Assembly (NCBI RefSeq): GCF_009834535.1
Contig: NC_045696.1
Span: 71,612,001-71,676,000 of the forward strand
Direction of reading: 5' to 3'
DNA length: 64,000 nucleotides
Source of the DNA: Camelus ferus
Lineage: Eukaryota
Shown: positions 37,601 through 51,330 of the stretch, in pieces
How the letters are laid out: every line of letters starts with the position of its first letter
Position numbering within the stretch: position 1 is the stretch's first letter
Notes under the pieces: generated by a model
Seen by the model: only the letters and a program-made list of their open reading frames with translations
The model's database searches: none
Told to the model about the DNA's origin: nothing
Position numbers and translations under genes: made by a program

Positions 37601-38149
37601 GGACTTTCTTCAGTCTAGGCAGTGGACTCACTGAATTCTGTTATACAACACTTGTCATAGCTATAATTGTACACTTTCTGTGTGATTATTTTTTTCCTGC
37701 CTGCCTCCCCCACTGGCCTGCCTTCTCTGATGAACACAGGCACTGTGTCCCTTTCTGCTCCCTTCTGTACCCCCAGCCCTGATTGAAGGCCTATAACCTA
37801 ACAGATGCTCAATACTTATTCTGGAAAATTACAGGTGGATGAATGGATGAATGAACAGTTTCTGAGTTGGGGGAGATATGCCTGGGTCACTGTTTCTCAC
37901 AAACGTGAGCTTTGGTACTTAATTTTATTCTCCTTCCTGGTTCCCGTCTTTGCTCATCAGTGGTCATTACGCAGGGGTAGGAACTGGCATCTTGTTGGCC
38001 AGCCCTTCCTGGGTCTGTGCAGATCAGACTATCTGAGCTCTCCGGTGAAGTGTTCAAATCATGTTTGGCCTCTGCCAAGCCCTTGTCCTATGCACACACA
38101 CTATTCGACCAGAGGCAATTTGAATTAATGTAAAAACATGCATTTTTAG

Positions 38150-38345
38150 AATCAGATAAGACTGTTTCAAATTTTAGCTCTACTTCTCATTATAAGTTAT
38201 GTCTCTGAAGAAATGACTTCACTTCTCTGAATCTGTTTTCTCATCTATAAAACAGGTATGATAATAAATATCTACTTTATAGTGTTGCTGTGAGTATTAA
38301 ATGCACTGGTTAACATAAAGGGGCTGGCACATAGCAAGTGCTCTT
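38150..38345 (+). mobile_element. MIR SINE remnant
   Basis: tgacttcacttctctgaatctgttttctcatctataaaa...ctggcacatagcaagtgctc. Boundaries approximate. Confidence 0.7.
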
Positions 38346-40620
38346 TATTTTATTTTCTATATTTTATTTTGTTTTCTCATTGTGTACTCGATATTACCAG
38401 AAAGTGTTTATTTTATTTAATTTTTTTCAATTTTAAAAGTAACTTCATGCTCTGTGTAGAAAACTTGGTCTATGCAGCAAAGCCTAAAAAAACAAATTAA
38501 TAACTTTATCTATAAAACTGAATTGAGATAACCACTATTATTAGCATTTTGATGTGTTTACTTCTAGTTTTTTCTCTATTCATGAGAAGTTTTATTTATT
38601 TTAAATAGGAGGGGTTACAAAAAGGTAAACAATGCAAAGCAATTCTCCCTCTCTCCCCTGACCCTGGCCATCCGTTCCCTTCCCGGGGGCAACCACTGTT
38701 ACCAGGTTCTTGGGTGGCCTCCCGGAGAGAGTCTACATATTTAGCAAGTCACTGATTTTCACATCATCGTTCTCTCATGCAAATGCTGGCAAGGTGTACC
38801 TGCTGTTTTCCTCTGGAGGCTGCCACCTAAGTGAGTTCCCTTTCAGCCCTCATAGATGTCTCTGTGGGCAGAACCACAAGGTCTCTGGTCACAGGCTCCG
38901 AGGGCTCAGCGAGGCTTGGTCTCGGGTGTATATTTTTACTCTTTGAACTGAAAATCTGCAAACAAGCGAACAGGTGTTAGAGTTCTCAGTCCCAACTGCC
39001 TCCCCAGCTGCTCATGCGGGGAGCAGATCTGCAGGCGGTTGGGGCTGGCAGACGGGGGTCTGAAGCAGAAATTAGGCTTTCTCCAACGCTGACCCTCGGG
39101 TCAATGGCTCTACACTGACAATTGAGAACTGTGGTCTGATGTGGGAAGATAATATTTTGCAGTTGGGATTGATCCCCGCAATCAAGGGTGTGTGTCTCCT
39201 GGGATTCTTGGAGTGAAGGACAAAGCCTAAGTCAATATGGTCCCCTCTAAGACCAGTCCTGCCCCCTCCCTTCAGGCCCCACAACCCTGGCACCCCCAGC
39301 TCCTGCCATTAGTTTCTCCTCTGCAGGCTGCACCCCACCCTGATCAGGTCAGTCTGTCTTTACTCTCACCAGGCCCTGTCTTCAGACCAGTCCTCCCCAC
39401 CAGGCCCTCCTGACCTCTCTGCTTCCACTTTCCATCCTTCCTCTAATTGATCAAACCAGGAACCCTGAGAACTTGATCTTCTAAGGGGCTCAGTGGACAA
39501 GTTGGAGAGGATGGAGTTTGGACTCATTAAAAGCTACTCTCCAGGGAAGCAGCAAATAAGAATGAACTGGTGCATTTGAGACACCTCATCTGTAAAATAA
39601 GTATTAAATAATATAATGGATATGACAGGGCTTGCTTCGTAAGCTGTAAAGTGCTGTATGTATGTATGTAAAGTCTTATGAGGGTGATGGTAATTTAAAA
39701 ATAAGACATGAAGCTGATCAATGTTACAAATCAATTTTTCATTATTAAACTGTTACTTATTCATTATAGAGGATTTATAAAGTATATAAATAAACAAAAT
39801 AAGAAAAATTCTCATAGTTTTATTGGAGCAAGTAGTGCCTCATATTATTTATACAGTATATTCCATCCATTCCTATGGGACTCTTTCTGTGGGAGGATTA
39901 TTGTTGCCTTGACAACAAATTTTTCCGTGTGACTTATTCTGGCCAGTTAAGTGTGGAAATGGCATGTGCCACCTCTGAGCAAAAGTGTCAGGAGCCTTTG
40001 TGTGGTTCTGCCATCTTTTTTCTCCTTCTGTCACTAGACAAGCACATCTAGGTTTAAGGGCTTTTCCATCATCCTGGGTCTTAGAATGAAGAGTCCTGTG
40101 CAGGACACGTAATGTATGAAACATTTATGGTTGTAAGCCCCTGACATTTGGGGGTTGTTTGTTACTGCAGCATGATTTGTCCTAAGATACCTGATACACA
40201 GAGAGACAACGACTATAATATTTTGGTTTATATCCTTCAGTCTTTTTTTCTATGCCTATATTCTATATATTTTTCTTTATAAAAATAGGATCATAATGTA
40301 TGTGTGTTTTTGCGAAGTGCTTTCTCATTTCACCTGCAAATATTTCAATATCTAGCTCCAAAACATGAGTCTTCTTTAAATATAACCACAACACCATTAC
40401 CACAACTAAAATTAATAATAATTGCTTCATATCACCAAATGTTGGCCATTATAAACATTTCTCTGACTTTTAAAATTATTTTGTTTGTTTATTTATTTAT
40501 TTATTTATTTAAATTATTTTGTTTAAATCAGGGGCCCAAATAAGGTCCCTATTTCGTTGTAGGTTTTCCCTCCCTGCCCCCACCACTGTCTCTCTCTCTC
40601 TCCCTCTTTTGACGTATTTG

Positions 40621-40757
40621 TTTTGCTTGTATTGTTTGTTTTCTGAGGGGAAGGTAATTAGGTTTCTTCATTGATTTCCAGTTGGAGGAGAAGGTACTGG
40701 GGATTGACCTATTGGGTGTTGAGCGTGCGCTCTACCACTTGAGCTACACCCTTCCCC
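40621..40757 (-). mobile_element. tRNA-derived SINE, camelid Vic-1-like, with target-site duplication
   Basis: Same family motifs (aggtaattaggttt; ctctaccacttgagct). Flanked by 17-bp repeats ctcttttgacgtatttg (40604-40620) and ctctttggatgtatttg (40758-40774). Confidence 0.8.
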
Positions 40758-41168
40758 CTCTTTGGATGTATTTGTTGAAGAAACTGAACTGGTTGTTTTG
40801 GAGAATTTCCCCCAGTCTGGGTTTTGCTGATTGTATTCCCATGGCATCATTCAGCATATTCCTCTTTTCCCTATGTTTCCTGTAAATTGCTGATTAAATC
40901 TGACACTTGATCAAGATTCAGTGAATGGATTTTTAAACTCAATACATTATGAACATTTTCCATATCATTTAATATTCTTCTACAACTTGCTTTCATAATG
41001 ACCGTGGAGCTGTCAAAAATATGAATGTATTTTCATTTATTTACCTGGTCCCCTCTGTGGGTCACCTAGGTTGTTTCTAAATTTTTGCTACTACCTACAA
41101 CTTCACTGATCAACCTCCTATTGACTAGTCACTTTCTGGCCTGATTTTACCGCCCTTCTGTTCTTCAG

Positions 41169-41618
41169 TTCCTGCGGATGGTGGATGCCTGTGCCAGCTT
41201 CCTCACAGAAGCCTTGAACCCAGAAAACTGTGTTGGAATACTGAGGCTGGCAGACACACACTCCTTGGACAGTCTAAAGAAGCAAGTTCAAAGTTACATC
41301 ATCCAGAACTTTGTGCAGATTCTGAACTCCGAGGAGTTCCTTGAACTTCCCGTGGACACTCTGTACCACATCTTGAAGAGTGATGACCTTTATGTGACAG
41401 AGGAGTCTCAGGTGTTTGAGACTGTGATGAGCTGGGTCCGGCACAAACAGTCAGAACGGCTCTGCTTGCTTCCCTACATCCTGGAGAACGTGCGCTTGCC
41501 GCTTCTGGACCCGTGGTACTTTGTGGAGACGGTGGAAGCAGATCCTCTCATCAGGCAGTGCCCAGAGGTCTTCCCGTTGCTCCAGGAAGCCAGGATGTAC
41601 CACCTTTCTGGCAATGAG
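41169..41618 (+). CDS. KLHL6: KLHL6 coding exon 3 (end of BTB, 3-box and BACK)
   Basis: Acceptor ttctgttcttcag|TTC; encodes [12 protein letters not shown]...[11 protein letters not shown]; donor GAG|GTGAGC; 450 nt, phase 0 at both ends. Confidence 0.96.
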
Positions 41619-42089
41619 GTGAGCTGATTTTGAGAGACACTGTATATAACTAGTGAAGTGAAGGATTATCAGACCTCACAAAGATAGAGATGTGACTGGC
41701 TCACAAATCCTTAGGGCACTGAGGAGCAGATGCTATATGTTGATAGTTTCAGTCAGGCAGTTCTGTGGATTTCTGATCTGTAAGTTGGGGATGATACCAC
41801 ATTGTAAACAGCTACTGAGAGAATTAGGTGAGGTCTGGAAATCACCCAGCACTGTGCCTGGCTCATCCTTCCTCTTTCCAGTTGTGTAAGGGCGGGACTT
41901 TGTTGGGGAGTTGTGCACATGAAGGCAGTGTGCCCTGTCCAGTCGCATCCCACAGGCTGCTCCTTTCCTGGTTTGCCCACTCAGGGGAAACCTTGAGTCT
42001 CTTGGGTCTACTCTGACATCACCTAGGTTCAGACTCATATTTCCTTCCTGAGTTTCTGAAAATTCCTCAAAACTCACCTTCCTGTCGCC

Positions 42090-42650
42090 CGTCTGGCCTC
42101 TGACCAGTTCATTCAGCAGCTGGATGATCTAAAACTCAAGCCTAATCATTTCGCTCCTGGGCTTAGCCTCTTCACTGGCTCCCCACCACTTTTAGGATAA
42201 AGCCCACACTTCTGCCTGAAATCCCAGAGCCTGGCCTCCTGCTTTGCTGTTCTAGTGTCATCTCCAACCTCTCTCTCCTGCCACATCCTAATGCACTGCT
42301 TGTCGTTCCCCAGAGTGGACTTGCTTTTTCAGCCTTCAGACTAATGCGGGTGCTGTTCAAATGCCTTTTTCCTCTTCTTCATCTAGTTAACTTCTGCTCC
42401 AGCTTCAAAACTCAGTTCAAGCATCACTTTCTCTGGAGGCCCCTCTCATTCTCATAGCACCTGGTACATTGCTGTATCATAGCACCAACTACTGCGTGTT
42501 AACTATTGAATTTCTCATCAGTACATATATCTAGACTGGGAGCTTGTTGTGGCAGGAAGTGTGTCTCATTGGACTTTTCATCCAAACCCTAGGAGAGTCT
42601 CTGGTATATAGTAAGTGATTGGCTAGTATTTGCTGAGTGAATAAATGGGT
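42090..42650 (+). mobile_element. L2 LINE 3' fragment
   Basis: ttttaggataaagccc...ctagactgggagct...tatttgctgagtgaataaatg resembles the L2 3' end. Boundaries approximate. Confidence 0.6.
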
Positions 42651-43034
42651 ACCAAGATGATGAATACACATATCGTTTGGATCTACCCAGTTCTCCTTAA
42701 CACTTCCTAATGAAACATTCTATTTAGAACTTTATCAAGACAAGCATAAGTTTAGTGAGAGGAACAAAACAATCAGGAAGTAGTGCCATAGGGACACTTT
42801 GTTAAGTTTACATGAGCACCCACACATGTACACCAATGTACAACAGTTCTGGGGTTGGCTACCAAGCCTTCTTCATTAGGCCAGCGGTAGAAATCTTAAC
42901 CAAAATAGCTTAGAAATTGTCTTTCTGAGGCCCTTGGTTGCCTTCTCCTTTTCTGTATGTTTTTTCTAGTTCTGTGTTGTCCGCAGATCCAGTGTCATTT
43001 ATTTACAAACACTTCCTTAAATATTTGGTGGGAT

Positions 43035-43655
43035 TTTTTAGTGATGCTATCAGAACCAGGAGTTTTCTTTGTGAGAAGGTTTTAAACTACAAATTGCATT
43101 TCTTTAATAGATATATAGATATAGGGGAGATATTCAGGTTATCGGTTTCTTCTAGAATGGTCTTTGGTAGTTTGTATCTTTCAAAGACTTTTTCCATTTC
43201 ATAGACTTGCTGAACTTACTGGCATAGAGTTATCCATGGGATTCCCCTATCATTCTTTTTGATATCTGTAGAATCTGTAGTGATGACACATCTCTCTTTC
43301 CAGGTATTGGTAATTTGTATCTCCTCTTCCCCCCCCCTCCCCGATCATTTTGACCAGAGGTTTATCAATTTTATTGATTTTTCTCAAAGAACCAGCTCTG
43401 GTTTCACTTGATTTTCTCTATTGTTTTTATATTTTCTATTTCATTTATTTCTCCTTTTATCTCGATTAATTCCTTTCTTCTGCTTACTCTGGGTGTAATT
43501 ACTTTCTTCTTTTTCTAGTTTCTTAAGGTAGAGATTGAGGGCATTGATTTGAGACCTTTATTTTTTCTAATCTTGTCATTAGTACTATAAAATTTCCCCT
43601 AAGTGCTACTTTAACAGCATCCCGTATATTTTAATATGCTATGTTTTCATTTGTC
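43035..43655 (-). mobile_element. L1 ORF2-region fragment
   Basis: Antisense L1 motifs agaggtttatcaattttattgatttttctcaaagaaccagct and ttgattttctctattg. Confidence 0.75.
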
Positions 43656-44189
43656 ACAAATAAATCCCAAACACCAATTATATGCCAGATATGGCACCAG
43701 GGACCAAAAAACAGTGTCTGCCTTACTAAACTGATGGTCTTTCAGAGAAGATAGAACACTCAGCAAATGAAGGGTGATGAGTAGACTGATGGAGGAAGAC
43801 CAGAAAACCACGTGGGTCCTGTGCTGGCTGTGTGGGTCACTGGCAGTGGCTCAGCACTGGGAAAGCCCTCATATTCTTGAAGACAAGTTCAAATCTCTGC
43901 AACTACTCTCAGTTTAGTATTTAAAGTACAGAATCTTGATCAACTATATTTCCAGCATTCTTGCTATTTCTGTTTCAGCTTCCATTTCCTAGCTCCCTGA
44001 AATGCAGGTGATAAAGGCTTTCCTCTTAAATAAAATGTCTCTACCATATCTTCTGCAAAATGAAATATCTGCTCTGCCTTTTATATTTGCAATGGGGTGG
44101 AAGAGGGGGAGTAGGATTATAAGCTTTGGATTTAGGAGGAGCGAGAATTCTGGTAACTGAAAAATTCTCCAGTGTCAGGAATTTGGGCT

Positions 44190-44410
44190 TGTAGTCAGGT
44201 GAATCTGGGCTTTAAACGTGACTGCCCAGTTTACCTACAGTGTGACCTTGGGCCAGTTACTTGGCTGCTCTAAGGCTCAATCCTGACTTGTAACATGGGG
44301 ATGATAATACCTACCAACTGACAGAATTGTTCTGAGAATTAAATAAGATAATGAATGAGGTGAGTTAGCACAATGTCGGACACAGAGTAAGTGCCCCACA
44401 AATAAAGACT
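44190..44410 (+). mobile_element. MIR SINE remnant
   Basis: tgtgaccttgggccagttactt...ggggatgataatacctacc...gagaattaaataagataatg. Confidence 0.75.
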
Positions 44411-45397
44411 GTTCTTAATCTCCCTCAGTTCCTTTGTGCTGCTCTATCTCCCACAACCAAGGGTTTTCTTTCTCTGAGGCTAAAGTCTCTCTTTTCATTG
44501 TTTCCTGATTTTTTGCTGCCTTATTGCCTCATATCCTGTTCAGGGTACTTTCTGACCCTCATTTTATAACCTGGGTAACCGAACCAAACAACCACTGTGA
44601 TCTCTGTGTTGGGTTTCATTGCCAGTTGATTCCCTGAAGCTCCCTATCTTCTCACTGCTTTTATGATCTTAGGTTTATTCCTGATGACACTGGTGTAAGC
44701 CTGAGGATACTCTGTGAATATGTTTCTCCTCCTAACCTTTATTTCCCAAACTTTAACCCTGCTTGTCCTATTATTATCTCTCCCTTTTAACCTTGTGCCT
44801 CCTCTAAGCTCATGGAGGTGGTGACAAAGGGAAATTTTAGAACCCTAAAAGCAAATGTCAATTTATATTTGATTTAGGAGTAGTAGCTGGTACCTTCAGT
44901 GGGAGAGGTCTTTTGGGCCAGAGAAAGTTACTCCTTCATTTCATTGCCACCCAAGTTTCCAGGAAGCAACTTGATCTATAACAAAGATTACTCTATGTGT
45001 GGTGTCTAGGAGGCTCACTCCTGAGGACAGAAGGGCAGAAACTCACCCTTGAGGACAGCTTTGTTGAAGCAGTATGGTTACTTCTGTTTGGTCCTCTTCT
45101 TAAAGCTCTGTGGACAATGAGTAGTCAGTAAGGTGCAACTGTTTGCTCTATTTTTAACAACTTGAAACCTGTTAGGCCTGATTATTGCATGCAGTTCATT
45201 GGCAAACAGTTCCCTGTGTCTGCAATGAACTTGCACATCTCTGACTTCAGATTGGCACTTGTCATGCTTTTGGGGTTAATATTTCGCAAAGTATAGCAGA
45301 ACTTACAATTTGGTAATGGTGCCACCACTTGGCAGTTCTGTGGTGCCGAGTTACAAGGCAGGTCTCAATACCCAGCCAATGCCATCAACTAGATGAC

Positions 45398-45881
45398 TGA
45401 ATCAGTTATCTATTGCTGTGCAATGAATTATCCCAAAACAGCAGTTTTAAACAACAAATGTTTATTATTAAACAGGTGTCAGGAGTCTAGGAGTGATTTA
45501 GGTGGGTGGTTCTGGCTCAGAGTCCCTTCTGAAGCTACTATTGGCTGGGGCTGCAGTCATCTCAAAGCTCAAGGTGGGCTGGAGAACTCTTCCAGGCTCA
45601 CTCCCATGATTATAGACAGGTGTCACTTCCTTGTTAGTTGTTGGCTGGAAGCCTCTCCACAGCAGCTGGTTTCTCCCAGAGCAAATGACCCAAGAAAGAC
45701 AGAGAGCCATCAAGATGGAAGCCGTAGCACCTTCATAACTTAATTTCAGAAGTAGTTTATTGTCACTACTGTATTCTACTGGCATAGAGACTGACCCAGG
45801 AACAATGTGGAGGGAACAACATAGGATGTAAATGTCAGGAAGTGGGGATTGCTGGAGCCATTGTGGAGGCTGCTTACCACA
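45398..45881. mobile_element. MLT1F/G/H-like MaLR solo LTR
   Basis: TG...CA termini; tcagttatctattgctgtg start; flanks ATGAC / ATGAT (4 of 5 matching). Confidence 0.7.
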
Positions 45882-47814
45882 ATGATCTAGACTGGAAAAA
45901 ATCTTTATCAGGTTCTGGGTTACCTAGCTTGCCCATTCACTCATTCATTCATTCAGCCAACATTTATGGAAACTCACAATCTCCAGGCACTGTTCTTGGT
46001 GCCGAGAATCCATTAATGAAAAGGGCTGTTCCTTACATCAGGGATATTAGAGTACGTTACATGGAGAGTGAAAAGTGCTGTGATGTGGGGAAATTCAAGA
46101 CTGTGGTAACATGTGTGAAAAGGCAAGAATGGCTTCCTGGACAAAAGAACAAAGTGACATTGAAAATAATGTCAAATGGCTTACAGGGTAAGTGGTGGGG
46201 AAGTGATGTGGGAAACTGAGGGCAGATACTATGGGGAGATCCAGAAAGCAGACAGGAATGCAGAGGTCCAGTTGGTGGGAGGAGAGTCTTCCGTGAGCCA
46301 GGACTCAGGACCAGGATGCCAGCCCCAGGAGATGGAGTAAGATCATGGCTAGTCTGGTCTCCTGCTAGTCAGCAGGCTATTGATGCAGGGGAGCAGGCAT
46401 TGTGAATAAGATGGGGGCTTCAGAGGAGAGGCCGAGGCCTGGCTCTCGGAACTCGAGTAAGGATCGCAGGGAACCAGTTCTGGGAATTTAGTGCTGCCCT
46501 CTAGGCATCACTCTACAATCCCTAAATACCCCCTGAAGGAGGACCAGGTTGGTGCTGGAGGTTGTACCTTAGCTGTCAGGAAGGGAGGTTTCAGGGCAGG
46601 AACCAGGGCTGGTAGCTGGGGGTAGAAATCGCAGAGTGGCAAAGTTTGTCTTTGATGCCAACTCATTGCTCAGTCCTCTCCTACCAGCTTGGTATTCTCA
46701 GAGTGCCTCCATCTTCCAGACTACCCCTCCCACCCTTGCCTCGCCTTTCTGCTGTCAGTGCCCTCAGGCCCAGCCCATTGCCCAGGATTTGTCCTGCCAC
46801 ACACATCCCCACTCCTTTTAGCTGACCCACAAAGGACAGCCCTGCCACAGACTTTACGGCCACGGTCCAGCCTCAAGAATTGAGGATGCAAAATTTACTG
46901 TATCTGATTCTTTGATTCTTATTGGAAAATAGAGATTGAGTGTTAGCTGGTCTGATTACATGTGACCTTTTATTGGATTCACCAACTATGGGCTCAGTCT
47001 TTGCAACTGTAACCTGTTTGTCACCATCTATGGGCAAGACCAAAATTCCACAGTCTGTGTTAGGTCAGATTAACCTTGTAGGAAAAAGTAACTGCTTTGG
47101 CCATGTGGGAAATGGGTGCTGCCTCTCTGTCTCCCATCAGCACACCTGTGGAACCTTCCCCATCAAGCCCAAGGATGGATGGAACCAGGAGGAGGGCAAC
47201 TCTCACTTTTCCTTAATAATGTCAGTATGACACCTCCCATTGCTCCTACCACCGTGACTAGCTATTGAAGGCCGAGTGTGTGCCAGGTGCTCTGCTTGTC
47301 CCTCATGAATGCGCAGATGACCTGGTGCCATAGGAGTGATTATAGGCCTTTACAGAAATTGTGTTGCTTCTCCAAGGTCACATGACCACAGGTGATGGAA
47401 GCAGCATGGAACTCTGGTGTATTGGACTCCAAATCTCTGCTTTTTCATTTGAGTTCAGATATCTGTGGTGTGGATTTCTTCACTTGTCCAAGACTCCGAA
47501 GGGTCAATACTTGATGTTGGTACCCAGTCCCCCAACCTCCCTGCCACATGCTGCTCCCTTTTGGTTCTTTTCTCCTAAGTCTCTGGATGCTCTTGTGTGC
47601 GTGCTGTCAGAACTTCTCTTCCAGAAGAAGCCTGGTAGTGAACAAAGTCTGGGATTTCAAGAAATTGGAACCAAGGGGGAGTGGAAGGTGGCCAGAATGA
47701 AGTTCCAGGATTCAGTGCTTCTGACCAGGCTAGAGGGAAGAAGCAGGAAGTATATTTGATGGTAGACAGACTTGAACTTCTTAAAAAGTAGCAAAATCTA
47801 CAACAGACAATCTT

Positions 47815-48035
47815 TATTGAGTACCTTTCTACATCAGGCCCGGTGCCAAGCACACTAAGTATATTATCATTTAATCCTCATGACAAACTATGAGGTTGTT
47901 ACCACTAAAATCTCCTTTCTACAGATGATGAAACTGAGGCTCAAGGAGGTGAAGTCACATGGTCAGACGGTAGCAGAATTGGGAATTGGGCTCTGCTTCT
48001 CTGGCTCCAGAGCCTGAGCTCCAAACCACTGTGCC
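47815..48035 (-). mobile_element. MIR SINE remnant just upstream of exon 4
   Basis: catttaatcctcatgacaaactatgagg...ctacagatgatgaaactgaggctca. Confidence 0.75.
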
Positions 48036-48069
48036 ATTCTGCCTTTATGGACTCCCATTGGTTTTCCAG

Positions 48070-48307
48070 ATCATTTCAGAGCGCACCAAGCCCAGGATGC
48101 ATGAGTTCCAGTCTGAGGTGTTTATGATCATCGGTGGCTGCACAAAGGACGAACGGTTTGTGGCAGAGGTAACCTGCCTGGACCCCCTGAGGCGCAGCCG
48201 CCTGGAGGTGGCCAAGCTGCCCATGACAGAGCACGAGCTGGACAGTGAGAATAAGAAGTGGGTGGAATTTGCATGCGTGACATTAAAAAATGAGGTCTAC
48301 ATCTCAG
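48070..48307 (+). CDS. KLHL6: KLHL6 coding exon 4 (linker, Kelch repeats 1-2)
   Basis: Acceptor gttttccag|ATC; encodes IISERTKPR...FMIIGGC...NEVYIS(G); donor CAG|GTAAGC. Confidence 0.96.
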
Positions 48308-50149
48308 GTAAGCAGGAGCCACATGATGCCTAAGCCTAAGCCAGCCCCCAAAGGCACGACGTGTTTTCCTGAGTGAGAGCCAGGCAACCATCCTAGAAGA
48401 ATTACTGTGGATGACACTGAGCTAGCAACGACTGGGTCAGGATATGGAAACCAAGAGCTCAGGTGGTCTTATCGTGCAGAATGAGTTATTACTGAGTGAA
48501 CCCTAACCCTTGGGCAGTATCGTACTAGGAACTGGGGGTGCAGGCAGACAGGCTCAGGCCTTCATGGAAAAGGAAGAAGGAAAGTGATACTGGAGTTTAT
48601 TCAGTGTCTGCTAAAGGCATCGGACACTAAGCTAGGCACTGGGAATGCAGTAATGAATCAGAACGTCTGCTCTTCCCTCCAAATCTGACTCTTCCCCTCA
48701 AGTTTATTAAATCTTGCTTTCGGATGTTCCAGTAGCACCCAGCACTTTTTCGTTGCTTAATTATTTATGACTACTCTATGCCTCTTTCCCATAAGTCATT
48801 AAATTCCATGGGTCAACTCTGTATTCCCAATACCTAGCACTTTGTCTGGCCACATAGTAAATGCTCAGTAAATATCTATTAAATAACACAGTGTCTACCA
48901 TCCTCTCAGCATGGTAGGTGAATTTATACTTTGGTAGCATTTATTCATTTGCCTTTCACATCAACTCTGTAAGGTAGGTGATTTTAATCTCTAGGTTACA
49001 AAGGGAGAACACTGAGGTTCAGAAAGGTATGGGACGTACCTTAGGTCACACACTAGTAAGTGTCAGGTAGGATTCCAATCCAGGTTCTCCAAGTCTCGTG
49101 CTTTCCCCATGACATCAAAAGCCACCCAGCTCTTCCTGAGGCACCAAGCGAAAAGACGAATATCCTTCCCCTCTCTTGGAGGCTTTCTCTCATCTGAACT
49201 TATTTGGAGAAGAGCTTCTTCCCAGAGCTGGGCTCCTCCAAAATAAAGGGCAGGTCAGTTCTTCTTTGAATATATTAATACCATAGATTAGGTTTTAGCT
49301 TTCTTTTATCTTGTAGAAATATTTTTGATATTTGTGGAAGATTCAAGCAATATGGGGAGCATAAAGTAAGATATGGCAGTTTCTCTGTGCATTTACAGTC
49401 CTGTATGTCTTAATTTTTTCACCAAAATAATTTTATTTTGTCTTAGAGTAAATAATGTCCGCTGCTGTAACAAATTCTAAATCTCAATGAATCACCACAA
49501 TAGTATGTGGGGGTTGGGGGAATGGACCTGCTCCATTCAGTCATTCAGGGACCCACACCCCTTCTATATGATGATGTGGCTATTTCCACAGGTGGCCTTC
49601 AAGCTTGAAGCATTTGAGGAAAAGAGAGAAACTGAATAAGTTGAGAAGGCACACCTGCTCACAACAGCCTCAGCCCGGATCTGAGGCATTGGTTCTGCTC
49701 ACATTCTATTGGCGAAAACCAGCCACCTGCCCTCTCTCCCCCCACCACCCACCATGCAGCCAGGCTGGGAAATGTAGTTTAGCATGTGCCCAGGAGGAAA
49801 AGCCAGGTTTGGTCCATCTTTGCCACAAACACTACACATGTTATTTTATTCTACAGCTTATCACTCCCCCATCTTCAATTAGTTGTTGCCTTTTAAAAAG
49901 TGATACAAGCAACACATGAAAGTATGTTTGTTATACACAGTTAAATCAACAGAAATGTGTATTCAATTAACAGTATATTCTGGACGTCATTACATGTTGG
50001 TATAATGGATCTATTATATGTGTTAAGTGACACAACACATGTAAAGCACACCACGATCCCAAGTGCATGGTGAGAGCTCAGCAGTGATAGTTGTCATTCT
50101 CAGTATTGTGAGCATCTTTATTTCACTCTTTCACCAGCTGTAGGGCTGT

Positions 50150-51330
50150 CTATTGAATGAATGAATTATGATTGTTTTTACCTTTTATTTTCCCACTTTT
50201 CAGTATAGTGCAGTAGGCATTTTAATACACATATATTTATGAAATTTTGCTGCTATGTGGAGAGATTCCTGGAAGTGGTCACAAGATGTGTAAATTTAGA
50301 ATTTTTGTAGATATTGCTAAATTGTCCTTCAAAAACTTTGTCCCAATTTACAATTCAGCCAATGATGAATGACAGTGTCCATTTTTACAGCCTTGTTAGC
50401 ATTTTTTATTATCAGTCAATTACATTTTTAATAGACTAGAACGTTTAAATTTACACTCTTGGATTGTTATTGAGGTTGAGGATATTTTCATACACATATT
50501 ACTTAAATGTATCTTTTTTTTTGTTTTGTTAAATTGTTGGTTCCTACACTTTGTTTTTCTATTGGTTGTTTGTCTTTTTCCTATTACTTTTTTAGTATCC
50601 TTATTATATATCCTTTGCAATTTGTGTAGAAAATACTTTCTCTCAAGCAGTGATTGTCTTTTAAATTTGATTTATATTTTGTGTAGTAACTTTCTTTTCT
50701 ATATGATTCTAGGTTTCATGTTATGTTTAGAAAGACCCTCCCCAACCCGAGATCATTAACATCTTATTCTATATATTCTCCAGTTACTTTTATAGCATTT
50801 ACATTTACATTTTAAGTGTAATGTGAAATAGGGATCTAACTTTTCTCTAAATAAATAGCCAGTTGTTCCACTGCCATTTATTCAATAATCTCTATATCAT
50901 TTAGTCTGTTTCTGTACTCTTGTTTTTAATTGTTCAGTTTGTCTCATCTTACGCTAGAACCACAGCATTTTTATTATCATAGCTTTTTAGTATATTTTGA
51001 TATTTGCTAGGGAAAGCTCTCTGACTCATTCTTCTTTTTCAAAAGTTCCTTAAAATGTTTCCAAATTTACCCTTCCAAATGAAATTTAGAATGGTCATTT
51101 CACATCCTGAAATCCATGAAAATTCCTGAAGGCACATAATATATAGATTAACTTGGGGAGGCTTGATATCTTTACAGTAACCTGTTTTCTCATCTATGTA
51201 TACAATATGCCTGCCCAGCTAATCAGGTCTTCTTTTATATCCTGGAATAAAAATGTAGGGTTTTTTTTTCCTTTTTAGTAAAGTTTGCATACATTTCTTT
51301 GAAAATGTGTAGTTATTTTATGAATTTGGA
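50150..51330 (-). mobile_element. Old L1 (L1ME-like) fragment
   Basis: T-rich antisense L1 motifs (atattgctaaattgtcc; agccagttgttccactgccatttattcaataatc). Boundaries approximate. Confidence 0.55.

Noticed and set aside
6580..38784. Scattered octamer motifs (6580, 9066, 11370, 33381, 38777)
   Set aside because: They are isolated, some lie in L1-like sequence, and a few are expected by chance in AT-rich DNA of this length.
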